From: Phoronis australis
Taxonomy: Eukaryota; Animalia; Phoronida
Reading direction: 5' to 3'
NCBI GenBank assembly: GCA_002633005.1
Contig: NMRA01000030.1
Location: 1,271,588-1,335,587, forward strand
Length of the DNA: 64,000 nt
Shown here: piece after piece, positions 38,148 through 50,239 of the stretch
Layout of the letters: each line of letters opens with the position of its first letter
How positions within the stretch are numbered: position 1 is the stretch's first letter
The notes under the pieces: generated by a model
The model's input: the letters and a program-made list of their open reading frames with translations, nothing else
The model's database searches: none
What the model was told of the DNA's origin: nothing
Made by a program: the position numbers and the translations under genes

Positions 38148-38912
38148 TTTCAATTTGATTCATCAATTTTAGCTTCCCTGGCAGCTGATCAGTTTAGTTG
38201 AAATATGTTACCGCTAGAAGCATATTGACGTCTGCAGAGTAAAGTTGTTGTCACTTTGTATGTTGGTCTTGTTAGATATTCAATCATAATTTAGATATGA
38301 CAAGATATTCAACGATGCTGCTTATTTTGAATTAGTGCATCCCTATAGTGTACTTATGCAGGATTTTACAGGAGTAACCTTAAGTCATTGATCACCAACT
38401 AATATGCGATAACCTATGCTTGAAGTGCAATGAGATTGGTCTTTCTATAGAATAAAACGTGAGCTACTCTCAGTAGGTGAGAAATGTACCTCTCCTTCTC
38501 GAAACGGTACGGAAATTACCGATGAGTTACGGATGGACGGCGTTATCGACATCGTGACTTTACGCGACAAACCGGCAATTTCCGTACCGTCCTTGACCTC
38601 GAGCCGTTCACAGTTGTAAGTGTGTTTGGACTTTTTGGGAACATTTTTGTTCTTTGACTGCGAATTTCTTACCAAGTCGCCGGAACAGGAAACTGTAATG
38701 GTATTGGGAGAAAGAAAAATTCCTCGTGGTTTCTTAAACGTCTGTTTTGTGTAAATTTATTGGGATTTGTGTTTGCTATGGACGGCTGAAGTGAAGCACC
38801 CGTGGAATTTCTTGTCCGGAGTGTCATACCTTGTAGTATTATATTTAGTGTATTGGGGACGATCAGAAGCTGAGGATGCCTCTGGTTTATGTATGGTAAT
38901 GGTTCCTGTGAC

Positions 38913-39187
38913 ACAGTCACTGCCGCGAGTCTTTCTAACGCTCTGATACATAGTGCTTGCTAAGTAATTACGCTTCCATGCCGAGTACTCACACTGTTTG
39001 TTTTTTCTTTATTGCAGATAAGCGCCTGTTTCTCCTTTTCATCGCTTGTTGAGTTTTCACTTCTTCAACGCCTTTTCGTTTTCACTTTTTCAATGCTGCT
39101 GCGGTATCTCATTCAACGCTTGTTCGGACACTTTTCAACGCTCAAACTTTATCGTTTGACGAATTAAGTGTGTTATACAAACGGCTT
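38913..39187 (+). repeat. Shared block of the 5' LTR
   Basis: Near-identical to 44839-45114. Confidence 0.92.
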
Positions 39188-39255
39188 TTTCTGAAGAACT
39201 ACCAGGTGAGGCGGAGGAGCGTGAGGGACAACAAGTTGTCGTTGCTGCGTCTAGT

Positions 39256-41200
39256 GTGCATGGCGAGGACGCCTTTAGCTCTTTATCTACTCACATACCA
39301 AAGACTGCTTTGAGTGCTGGGTCGCAGTCTTCAGCTGCTAGCGTCAGGTTGAAGAAGGCCAAGTTGCTGGCGCGTAAACAAGGCTTGAAAGCGAAGATGG
39401 TGATCAAGGAACAGCAGGCAAAACTGGAGTCGCGAATTAAGCAGCAACAGTTGCAGCGTGAAACAAGAGCAAAAATGCGTTAGATACGAGTAAGAGAACG
39501 CGAGGCTGAAGCGAAATCTTGTGAAGAAGAAGAATTTCTGATGTTAGACTCGCAGGTTAAAGAAGAACAGTTGTCATTAGAAGAACGTGCGAGAGCACTG
39601 CAGACAGAAACGGACCTCGCAGTCGCCGATGGTCAAGAAAGTATTTCACATGGACAGGAGCCGGCGTCTATTAGTTGGCCAGCGTCTTCGGTGCCGCTGG
39701 TGCGTAAACCATCCGTCGTCGTCGGTACGCCTGTGACGTCAAAGCTGCCAGTGACTGTTATTGCATCAGCGACTTCAACGCCACTGGTTGACGAACTTAC
39801 GCCGATTGTGTGTAAACAAGTGACGTCATCAGTGCCGTATTGGGGATTGTCAAAGGTTGCCGTCGAATCAGTGGACAAAGCTACACATGCGGTTGTTGTG
39901 CAACAGACTGTTAATGAGCATGAGACTCAAAGTAGTTTGTCTCATAATTGTTTGATTTATGGTAATCCTACGTTAGCAAACATTGAAATATCTACTGATA
40001 ATGCTCATGTTGTGTCTGGTTGTTGCTATATGCCTATTTCCAGTCTAGCTGCAGGTGATAGCTCAGCTGTTCGGATCTCTGCTGCGAGGAATGACCTCAA
40101 GAGTACGGGGTATATATCTACATCTACATAGGCCGATGCAGCTGCACTACCGGTGGGTCTCTCATCTTCGCATCCTACCACTCAGCTTGAGGGAAGTGGT
40201 AAGCAGTACAGATATCCTGAGGTATGCCACAGAGAACTGTTAGATCCTACAGCTCGTGTCTTTTCACCAAACGACACCTCAACAAACGCAGTTCTTGCAG
40301 CTTATCAAAGTTTAGCCAGTTCGGTATCGCTGCCGGTTATTGAGGTTCCCAAGTTTAATGGAGATGTATTAAGTTACTGGTTTTTCCTTATGGAGTTTGA
40401 TGCTACAGTGTCTGCGAGAGTATCAAACTCATCAGACTTACTTTACTATTTAGATCAATACCTGGTGGGAGAACCGAAGAATTTGATTCGAGGATGCTTG
40501 TATATGATCCTGCACGTGGTTATATGGAAGCACAGAAACTGTTGGACATGGAATATGGCGACCACTTCAAGATAGCGGATGCTTATGTGGACAAACTTAA
40601 CAAGTGGGCCAGCGTCAAGAGTAAAGATGTTTCTTTATGTAGAAAGATGTCGGCATGCGATGATTAGTATTTCATCTTAAATCACCAATCTAACCTCCAG
40701 ACGGTTGTACGTAAGTTACCCTTGAATTTGCAAAATGAATGGAGGGACAAAGCTGCATCTTATAGAAATGCAAGGTTTCGGGCATGTTTCACTGATTAAG
40801 TTGACTTTCACAAGCTTCCCAAGCTGCAAGTGATCCAGTGTTTGGCAAAGATGCATTGTTTAGTTTGGGGTCCTGCACATCCCGAGAAAACCCATACCAC
40901 TAAGAGTGCTAATTCCTTCTCTGCCGAGATTGGTAGAAATGGAAAGACTGTCATGTCCTATTTATTTTGTAGTCGAGCTCACGATATCAATAGCTGTTCC
41001 AACTTCATGGAAAAGCCGTATGAAGAAAAAAGATCCTTCATTGCCGAAAAGCAGCTGTGTTCCGGGTGTCTTCGAGGTAACCATTTGGTGAAGGGTTGTC
41101 CTAAAAAGAAAGCTTGTGCCAGATGTGCCAAGCCTCACCCGACATGTCTTCACAACGATGGATATACTCAGACCGAGGGACATAATCAGCATTCTTGTCT
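39256..41200 (+). pseudogene. BEL/Pao gag remnant
   Basis: Coiled-coil start; SLPVIEVPKFNGDVLSY..LLYYLDQYLVGEPKNLIRGC; CCHC-type knuckles FCSRAHDINSC, LCSGCLRGNHLVKGC, CARCAKPHPTCLH. Confidence 0.9.
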
Positions 41201-41279
41201 CGTAGTTGATGATGCGATTGATAGTTGCAATTCATACTTCTGGTTAGAATTCATCATGAATCATCAGATTCCTTTATTA

Positions 41280-44200
41280 ACACGTACGCATTCTATGGTC
41301 AGGGTAGCACTGCATGCTTTATTTCGCAGGCTCTGCTAGACTAGATTGGTGTTGATTCCGTACCTGCTAAGCTGCATCTTAATACCATGCATGGATCTAC
41401 GTATGTTGACTCTAACGTCGGACCTGCACGGGCTAATGCCGTGCATCTTCCCAAGACTTACTCTCGTCACGAAATACCTGTTAAGCATTCTCACATTTCC
41501 AGGCCAGAGGTTCTTCGCAAATCACCGAATCTTGAAGCGTTAGCTAACTGTGTTGCAGATTTTGTGCCGCATCTGGATATTGGGTTGTTGATTGGCAGCA
41601 ATTGTCCGCTTGCCCTGGAGCATTTGGAGATGTTTCCGTCCTCAAGGAATGGACCGTTTGGCGTGAGGCTACGGCATGGGTGGACTGTCAATGGCCCTGT
41701 GAACGTGGCCGGAGGTGATGTACGCGAGATGTCGTGCCACATGGTGTGTATTCAAGATGTTGCGGTCAGCAGGAGAATAGCTGTGGACCAGAGTATTGAT
41801 GATATTTGCCAGGTGCTAGAATGGGATTTCTCTGATACGGAGAGTCATCACTTCGATGATAAAGGTATGTCTGTGGAAGATCGTCGATTTATGGAGATTT
41901 TAGATGACGGTGCACAGGTTCAGTGCGGACACTACGAAATACCGCTACCATTTCGTGAAGAACGCCCCCACATGCCGAACAACCGGGTCCAAGCTTTAAA
42001 GCGGGCGTTGTGGCAGAGGAAACAGATGCTGAGTTCGGATTTTTACCGGCGTGATTACGCTAAATTTATGTCTGTTCTATTTGATAAGGGTCATGCCAGG
42101 AAAGTCCCTTCGAATCGGCTCTCGACTCAGACTGGAAGTGTTTGGTACTTGCCACACCATGGAGTCTATCCTCCCAAGAAGCCGGAGAAGATACGTGTAG
42201 TGTCTGATTGTAGCGCAAGATTTGAAGGTGTGTCTCTCAACGATAGTTTGTTGCGTGGCCCAAATTTTATTAACTCGTTGGTGGGTGTTTTGACTCCTTT
42301 CCGTCAGGAACCAGTGACTTTCATGGGCGACGTGAAGGCGATGTTTCACCAAGTTAACCTTCCTGAAGACCACATGGATTTCCTCAGATTTCTTTGGTGG
42401 CCAAACGGTGACCTTTTACGACAGCTTGAAGAATATCAGATGACCGTGCAAATTTTTGGAGCAGTGTCGTCGCCGAGCGTGTGCAACTATGCGCTGAAGC
42501 CTATCCCTGCAGATTTCGACGTTTCAAATGTCGTCGGCGAGACAATACTATGGAACTTTTACGTTGACGATTGCCTAAAATCTGTTGGCACTGTGGAGGA
42601 TGCTGTTGCGCTCATCCGTGATTTGAGGAAGGCTTGTGATTTGGGCGAATTTCGGCTCACGAAGTTCATTAGTAATAGTGCCGAAGTTATCAGATCAGTT
42701 CCTGAAGAGGAGCGTTCCAAGGTCGGACATGCTGTTTCCTTTGATGATGGAACTGTTTACGAAGATCGTGCCTGAGTATGGAATGGAACGTCTCAGCGGA
42801 TGAATTAATTCCGGTTCTCGATAGCCTTGGGTTCTAGATCAGCTACCCGCAGGGGAATCTTGGCCACAGTCGCGTCTATTTTTGATCCACTGGGATTCAT
42901 TGCTCCTTTGGTATTACCTGCCAATCAGCTACTTCAGAAACTTTGTGCTGAAGCGAATCTAGGATGGGACGATGAGATATCTCAGGAACTGGGCATATCA
43001 TGGCATCGTTGGCTTTGTGATATTACTTCATTGCAGAATGTATCTTTTAATAGATGTTTTAAGCCCTATGATTTTGGCACTGTAAATCTTTTCAGTTCCA
43101 TGTTTTTTCAGATGCCAGTACCGTGGGTTATGCAGCGTCCGTGTGTGCTAGCCTGTGCGACGACAAAGGTAGAGTGCACTGAACTTTTCTCATTGGCAAA
43201 GCACGAATTTCACCACAGAAGAAGACTCTAACTGTTCCTCGACTTGAGCTTACGGCCGCTACAGTTGCAGTGCGTCTGAGTGAGCTGATGCGCCGAGAGC
43301 TGTTCGAGCCAGACAGCATCACGTACTACACCGCCGTGTTGCATTTCATTCGTAATGAGGTGAGACTGTTTCCCATATATGTCGCTATAATCGTGTGCAA
43401 TTAATTCGAGAGTTTTCTCAGCCCTGCCAGTGGAGATATGTGGATACGAAAGTAAATCCTGTAGATGAAGGATCTAGGGGCATTACTAGTGAAAAGTTTA
43501 TTCACAACAGTCGCTGATTGAGTGGTCCTGATTTTTGTGGCAGCCTGAAGAGAAGTGGCCCCAGCAATATGTTGTGTCCTGTTAATGCGACGTCATTTCA
43601 TTCTGAAGATTTAGATCTTGTGGATGTGGTCACGCGCGAAGAGAGTGCTTATACAACAAGTCTGTTGGACTGCTTGATCAAGCGTTATTCTGACTGGTAT
43701 CGTCTGTGTAGAGCAGTGGCCTACCTCCGTCGATTTGTGAAATATCTGAGGCGCGAGAAAGACGGGACGAGCTCGCGTGATGTGTTGTCCGTGGACGAAG
43801 TCGTGCAGGCAGAGATTGGGATAGTGCACTACGATCAATCAAGGCATTTTGCTTCTGAGATGGGGATTCTGCAGGCTAGTTCTGGTTCGCAGAAGGTAAT
43901 ATCCGTGCCACGTACGAGCTCCATACGTGCCCTTGATCCATTTGTGAGTAGCGAGGGTGTTATCAGGATTGGTGGTCGACTTTGTGCATCTGAATTGAGC
44001 TTTGGTGAAAAACATTCGATTCTGTTGCCGTCAAAGGACTATGTTACTATGCTTATAGTTCGTCAGTCTCATGAGAGGCTTCACCATGATGGTCGCAACC
44101 ACGTACTATGGGCTATTCGTCAGAGATACTGAGTTATTGCTGGGAATGCCTGAGTGCGACGTGTGATTGGACAGTGTGTAACGTGCAAGCGCCTGCGAGG

Positions 44201-44580
44201 TCCAAGCGTTGAACAGAATATGGCAGACCAACCCGCCGCCATTACAGCGGAAGTTCCTCAATTTTGGTATACAGGTACTGACTGTTTTGGACCGTTTGAA
44301 GTCAAGTTTGGTCGGACATACGCAAAGAGGTATGGCGTGGTTTTTACTGGTCTTTCTTGTCGCACAGTACATATTGAGGTTGTTGATAGTCTAAATACTA
44401 GTTCTTTCATTAGTGCCTTGCGTCGTTTCATTTGCAGAAGGGTACGATCAAGAGATATGTGGAGCGACAATGGTACGAATTTCGTCGGTGTTGATCAGAG
44501 AGAGAATTACGTGAGGCCATCAAAGAAATTAACCAGAAAGTGGTGAGTGATGTGCTTTTAAAGGGTGGCATTCGTTGACA
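41280..44580 (+). pseudogene. BEL/Pao pol remnant (protease, RT, RNase H, integrase truncated after the core)
   Basis: GLLIGSNCP, WYLPHHGV..KIRVV, SLNDSLLRGP, FGAVSSPS, NFYVDD, IFDPLG, TVPRLEL, RIGGRL, TGTDCFGPF, SDNGTNF. Confidence 0.93.
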
Positions 44581-44838
44581 TTATGGCATAGCATGTTGTA
44601 CTCGTGTGTACTAGCTGAGTTTAGAGCGTATATAGTTGTTGTTTGACGTATAGTTTGCTTGAGATGCTTATTTGGCGTATATGTTGCGCGGTACCCGGTT
44701 CATAGAATAGTTACGGGTCGCAGTTAGGCAGTTGTTTGTGTATGGTAATGGTTTCCAGTTGTACAGATGTAGAATAGATAGTACGTGTTCCAGTTTATTG
44801 TGTAATGTTAGCGAGGTAGTATTTGTTAGGCCTGTAAT

Positions 44839-45149
44839 ACAGTCATTGTCGCGAGTCTTTCTAACGCTCTGATATATAGTGCTTGCTAAGTAATTACGCT
44901 TCCATGCCGAGTACTCACACTGTTTGTTTTTTCTTTATTGCAGATAACCGCTTGTTTCTCCTTTTCATCGCTTGTTGAGTTTTCACTTCTTCAACGCCTT
45001 TTCGTTTTCACTTTTTCAACGCTGCTTTGATATCTCATTCAACGCTTGTTCGGACACTTTTCAACGCTTGTAAGTCTATCGTTTGACAAATAAAGTGAGT
45101 TATACAAACGGCTTCTTTCAACTTATCCCTGTTGCCAGACGCGGCTACA
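44839..45149 (+). repeat. 3' LTR distal part
   Basis: Matches 38913-39187, contains AATAAA and ends in CA. Confidence 0.9.
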
Positions 45150-45951
45150 ATCATGACTGAACATTATTTGAAAGCCCTGACATGCTAATTTTTTCACTGT
45201 TTCTTTATTAAGTTTTAGTGCTCAAATTTTGATTCAATTTCAATTATACATATAAAAGTAGAAATTACGAAAGGACCGCCGAAGGCTTGCTTACCTGGCA
45301 ATTATTAAGATCCCACCGAAAATGTTCAGTAGAGTCAATTAAAATATACAGTAGGTATTTCATTTGGGACTGTATAGCGCAAGCAAACCACTCCAACGCA
45401 AATTATACATTCTAACTACTTAATTTTAAGGCACCTTTCCGTACGCGATGTTGATCGTGTATTTACACGCGGTGTGTGACTTGATACAGACGCGGTGATG
45501 AGACCAAACAACAAGGCCATACGAAAACACATTTTTGTATCTTCGCATTCATGTACAGTCACTGAATTATCCAACAAAAATTTAAACTTTTGAAACCCAG
45601 AAACATTTGAAACGTTTTATGGGCACAATTTATGTCTGGACACACGTACATGTACTGAGACCGGAATTTCACTATGTGCACCCTGAGCAATTTTACTTAA
45701 ATCTGGGAAAATTACTGGCAGATGCAATAGAAATGCGTCCAGGGAGCTTTTTTGAGAAACCACTGGGCTTTTATATAGAAAAATTCAGTGGAAAATTGTA
45801 GGGTAACAGGTTGAGGTCAGTCTGAAAAGTCATTCTTTATAATCACCACTGACCAGCTTGCTTGATCAGTTGCGCCATCCCCTGCGTCTATGGCGAGTCC
45901 ATTGAATTAATCATCGCGTTGGCTTTGGAATGCTCAGAGGTGTATGGAATA

Positions 45952-46229
45952 CATGCACGCCCCCAGCCTTCAATATGGGGGGGGCTCGAATTCCTGACGC
46001 TGTGGACCTTTTGCTAACAAAAGACCGGGGGACTAAATAAAAAAACGGGAGTATCACTGTGAATTGCGCGTTTGCGCTTATTTAGTGGACTTTTGTCCAT
46101 TTTCTTGGACTTTTTGTCTCTCAGGGGCGGACCTTTTTGCCCACTTCGCCAATTGGGGGGGGGGGGNNNNNNNNNNNNNNNNNNNNNGGGGGGGGCTCCT
46201 TCGATCCCCCGAGCCCCCCTGTGCGCATG
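45952..46229 (-). mobile_element. MITE of the CATG-terminal family (inverse of 35843-36070); contains a 21-N gap at 46167-46187
   Basis: CATGCACGC..GTGCGCATG with exact TSD GAATA. Confidence 0.85.
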
Positions 46230-48833
46230 GAATATGCCTACCTTTGTTGATGTGTTCTCCGATGATGCCCAAGATGCCACATACTTTGGGACTTCGAGGA
46301 CTTCATGCGAGCAGCCGTGGCCTTTGGTTGGATGTGCGCTGCGGCACAGAGAGAATATTGTGCTCTGAGTTACTTGTATTTTTGTAAAATGTTTTTGCTT
46401 GTATTTGGGAAACATGTCAGTTGTTTCATGGCAGCATTTCATAGTGTAACTTTCCATTGTTACTGAGTTGTTATGTAACGCGTCCTTGTTCTGATTGCCA
46501 GACATTTTGGACGTTTCCCTTCTGAATTTTGTGTCTGTGTGTATTCCACCTTACATTTTGAAACAACTAATAAAACCCAACATGTAAGAATCATTGCATT
46601 ACTTTCTACCCACACTCATTCGATACAATATTATTCAGTTTCTGTGCGACGTTATCATGCTCATATGGTATCTGACAAGACGTATACGTAGCACATTTTC
46701 TTTACAGTATGCCACCTTTGACTTTTGATGGAAACAAAACAGTGGCGAATTCAAGCGGCAGCCAGTCCGACTTCTTTGAGCGCATGCCCGAATATATATA
46801 TATATATATTATGAAAGGAGGAGAGTCTATATTGGGATGAAAGAGATTTCATTTCTTCTGTATTTAAAAGTAGTTAATCTGACTATTTTTAGTAGAAATT
46901 CTTGCAATATTCAAAGTGAATAAATCTCACGTTAACTTCCCCAAGACGCACATTCGCCACCATCTTTTTAAAAATGTATTTTCTTACAAGTTTTCGTATT
47001 CCATGCCTCTTTGAGACGTAGCACACATCACGAATTTTGTTCGACCGGTCAGAAATCGGTCGACGACCAGTCGTCTACCCGACCAGCAACGGTCTGCTAC
47101 ATGTAGGAGTCGTCAGCTGAGTCTCCTCTCCGCAGCATAGACGACCAATTTGGGATACGCGTGTCCTCAGTCGGCAATTATTATTTTATGACTTAGCAGA
47201 TGAATTTTGGTCAAACAAGGCATCAAACTGTTTGTTGTTCGTTCTCCAGTAGCCACTCTAGTCTTATACCCGCAGATAATCAGCTATTTTTCGACTATTT
47301 TATGTTAAAACACAGTAAAATTGAATGTACTAGGCCTAAATTGCTTGAACAAAGTAAATATTCTTGTGGAAATACCGACAGCGTGGAAAAATCAAACGTT
47401 AGAATCCATGATCTCGTGGAAATATAATTTCGAAATCTAGCTACATTGTATGAGGCGTGCTTTACCCACAGCAATCAAGAAACATTTAAGCATTACAGTG
47501 AAATTGTATGAAAAAAACCGAAAACAACGCTGGACGTGTTACGACAGCAGGTATTTTCCAGCCGGGAAATCTTCAATGAGTGGCTCGCAATTTTACCTAT
47601 AAAGTAACTATAGGTATCGCTTTGATTACCAGTTCATCACATATTTTCATCTTCCCATCTAAAATAGTTTTATTTTGTGTAATCTGTAAATATGCTGGTG
47701 ATAGGAAAAAAGGTTTATTTTGAGTTGTTCAACAACCGGGTTGATCACTAGCTCAGATTTCAACGTCGAGCGGATACCTAGGATTGGTTCTAGCGCCAAT
47801 CGTAAACCATAATTCCGAGTTTGATGTCACTTCCCGAGTTTGTAAAAATTCTACCCAAATTATTTCGACGTTTCAGCCTTCCTAGCCCGTGAGAGTAAAC
47901 ACACAATACTGCGCGTTTCGTGTCCGTCTTTACTGCAATGGGCTAATACCCTGAAAACACAATCTTCGGAGTAAACCGCCCTTCGGTGTCACGGTTGCAA
48001 CTCACTATTCTAGAGAAAAAAAATCCAGGTGGTAATAATTCCGTTTTCATACATGACGTTAAAAATGAAGGAGCGATTAAAAGAAGGGAATACCATGCCA
48101 AACAGAAACGAATACATTATTCAGTTTTACGACACAGGTTACTAAACAATTTTAGTTTGTCATGGGATCACTACTGGTTGCCAGCTAGTTACTCACTTTT
48201 CCAAAAGAGGCCGTGATTTCAAATGTCTTGACAGAAAATTTACAAAAACATATCCCTTTCCTCAACATCTTTTTACATATATTATAGCAACGGCACGAAT
48301 TTCTTTTACCGTAGTTGATAATAAGTTTTTCTATGTTGCTTCGGTTTTAATTCCTTATATCGCATCTCTACTTTTGGTTCCGTTTTTTGTTTACATTTAA
48401 ACCATGTAAGATATATGCATGCGAAATATTCAGATCCCCAGTTGCAAAAATACGTAGGCCTACTGGGATGGTGAATTGGGAGGCACAACTCAAAGCATAA
48501 AAACATTTGACTGTTTTTTTTACTCTGCGAAAGTATGATTATAAACTGTACAGGCAATTTCCTTTAGTGAAGGCACAGGAATACAATGTTACTAAAGGTC
48601 ATAATAATTGCCGCACTGAGCTATCTATTCCAGGCATCTTTAAACATTAAAACGATAAAAAACACTACAGAAATGATTTGCCACCACTCTGAGAACCATC
48701 TCCATTCTCTGAATAATAAGCATTAATCTGCTTCCAAAATGTAGGCACGTTAAGGGAACACTCAGAGATAACTTGCTCACGATGGGGACGTTATTCAATG
48801 AAGTGTCTCTGTACTGTACATTTCACAGATATA

Positions 48834-48836
<3 letters not shown>

Positions 48837-48906
<70 letters not shown>
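48837..48906. repeat. (GT)35 microsatellite
   Basis: Pure GT run. Confidence 0.98.
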
Positions 48907-48909
<3 letters not shown>

Positions 48910-50239
48910 CATATGTATATATATTTACATATAAATTTATTTATACATATGTATATAATTGGAGGCGAATTAATTTCTGACGAAAGCCTTTCGAATGCAG
49001 AATTTAGGCTGACAGAAGAACCGGCCTTTGAAGAAAAAGTGAAATATTGAGATCCTGCCAATGAGTTTGATGGCGTCACAGCGCACTCGGGCGGCCGGTG
49101 ACAGACCGGACCAAGTAAACCTGCAAGCAAAACCACAGTGTACTGAGCCGTAAAAATAGGTTGATTACTTTTTAGAAACATGTAGAAAAGGTAATGGTTT
49201 TGTTGGAGCTGTTAGGTACACTGATGTCAAATGAACTTAATTACGTTTCATTTGTGTCAAGTATGTCATCTGGCCCTCCTGGTAGCCATCCGCCAAGTAA
49301 AACTTGAAAAGAAACTTTATGTTTGACACTCATAGCGTCTGGCTATATTCTGTGGAATCGGCATGAAGTTGTGATAACGATCAGTAATTGCAAAAATAGA
49401 CGAGGAGTTTTCAAAACATCGATAGCCTAGGATCAGGGGTGGACCCGGCAACGCTTCACGTACTCGTGGTGTCAAGCCAAATGAACGATACAAGAAAACG
49501 TTGCATGGTTTTTGAATAGGCCTAGTGGAATGCATGAAAACCGATTGTAGGCGTGCCTAGTCATGAATGTGAATTGAAAAAGCGAATTATATTAAGAGGT
49601 GACAAGAACTTATGCCAGTGACGAGAGCGGACCAAGAAAACTTGCAAGCAAAACTACGTATTGAGACGTAAAAAGTAGATGATAATTGAAAAAGTGAAAG
49701 AAGTGATGAAATATGCATAGGCACGAGTTTGGATGACGGGCTCAGCGGCACTGACGCCGGCCAATGACGGGACCAGAACAAGTAATCCAACAAGCGAAAC
49801 AGGATACTGCGCCGTAAAATTTAGTTTATAAGTCGATCTCTTGAGAAAAGCCGAAAAGAATGAAGTTTAATGTGTGAACAAATCTAAAGGTTTCGGATTT
49901 GTGGCATGAATCGAGTGCGCCACATGGGGTTCTATAATAATAACACGCTCATAAAAATAAAATCGATTTCAGAAAAGCCCATTTCGGCGTTTTCCCGTTG
50001 CTCTCAACTTGTTCGATTCTATATAGCCCAACAGAACACCCCTGTAGCCAATATCTTACACGACTGATTAACTCCAGTCAGGCATTTATGGTTGGAGGGC
50101 CTGCTGTCTTTTGTTCGATAATTGCTCCAGTAAGATCATATCTAGCCTGACTAGGATGTGCTGCTAAAATAAAAGTTAAGTTATAACATATCTGGATATA
50201 AACTAATTGCATTTCTCTCCTCGTCAAATGCTGATCATG

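Larger units (their letters stand above)
38485..45149 (+). mobile_element. Decayed BEL/Pao LTR retrotransposon with both LTRs partly deleted; left boundary uncertain
   Basis: LTR block 38913-39187 is repeated at 44839-45114, the 3' LTR ends ..GCGGCTACA, and gag-pol motifs lie between. Confidence 0.93.

Noticed and set aside
36947-38166. Long His/Thr/Cys-rich ORFs
   Set aside because: They are translations of the 29-bp minisatellite in several frames, with no splice or other coding evidence.
45800-46520. Exon-like minus-strand ORF (MSGNQNKD...) after a possible acceptor
   Set aside because: It is interrupted by a MITE, stops soon after the MITE is removed, has no recognisable motif and cannot be linked to the host gene.
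48795-49181. Poly-HT / poly-CV ORFs
   Set aside because: Translations of the (GT)n microsatellite.
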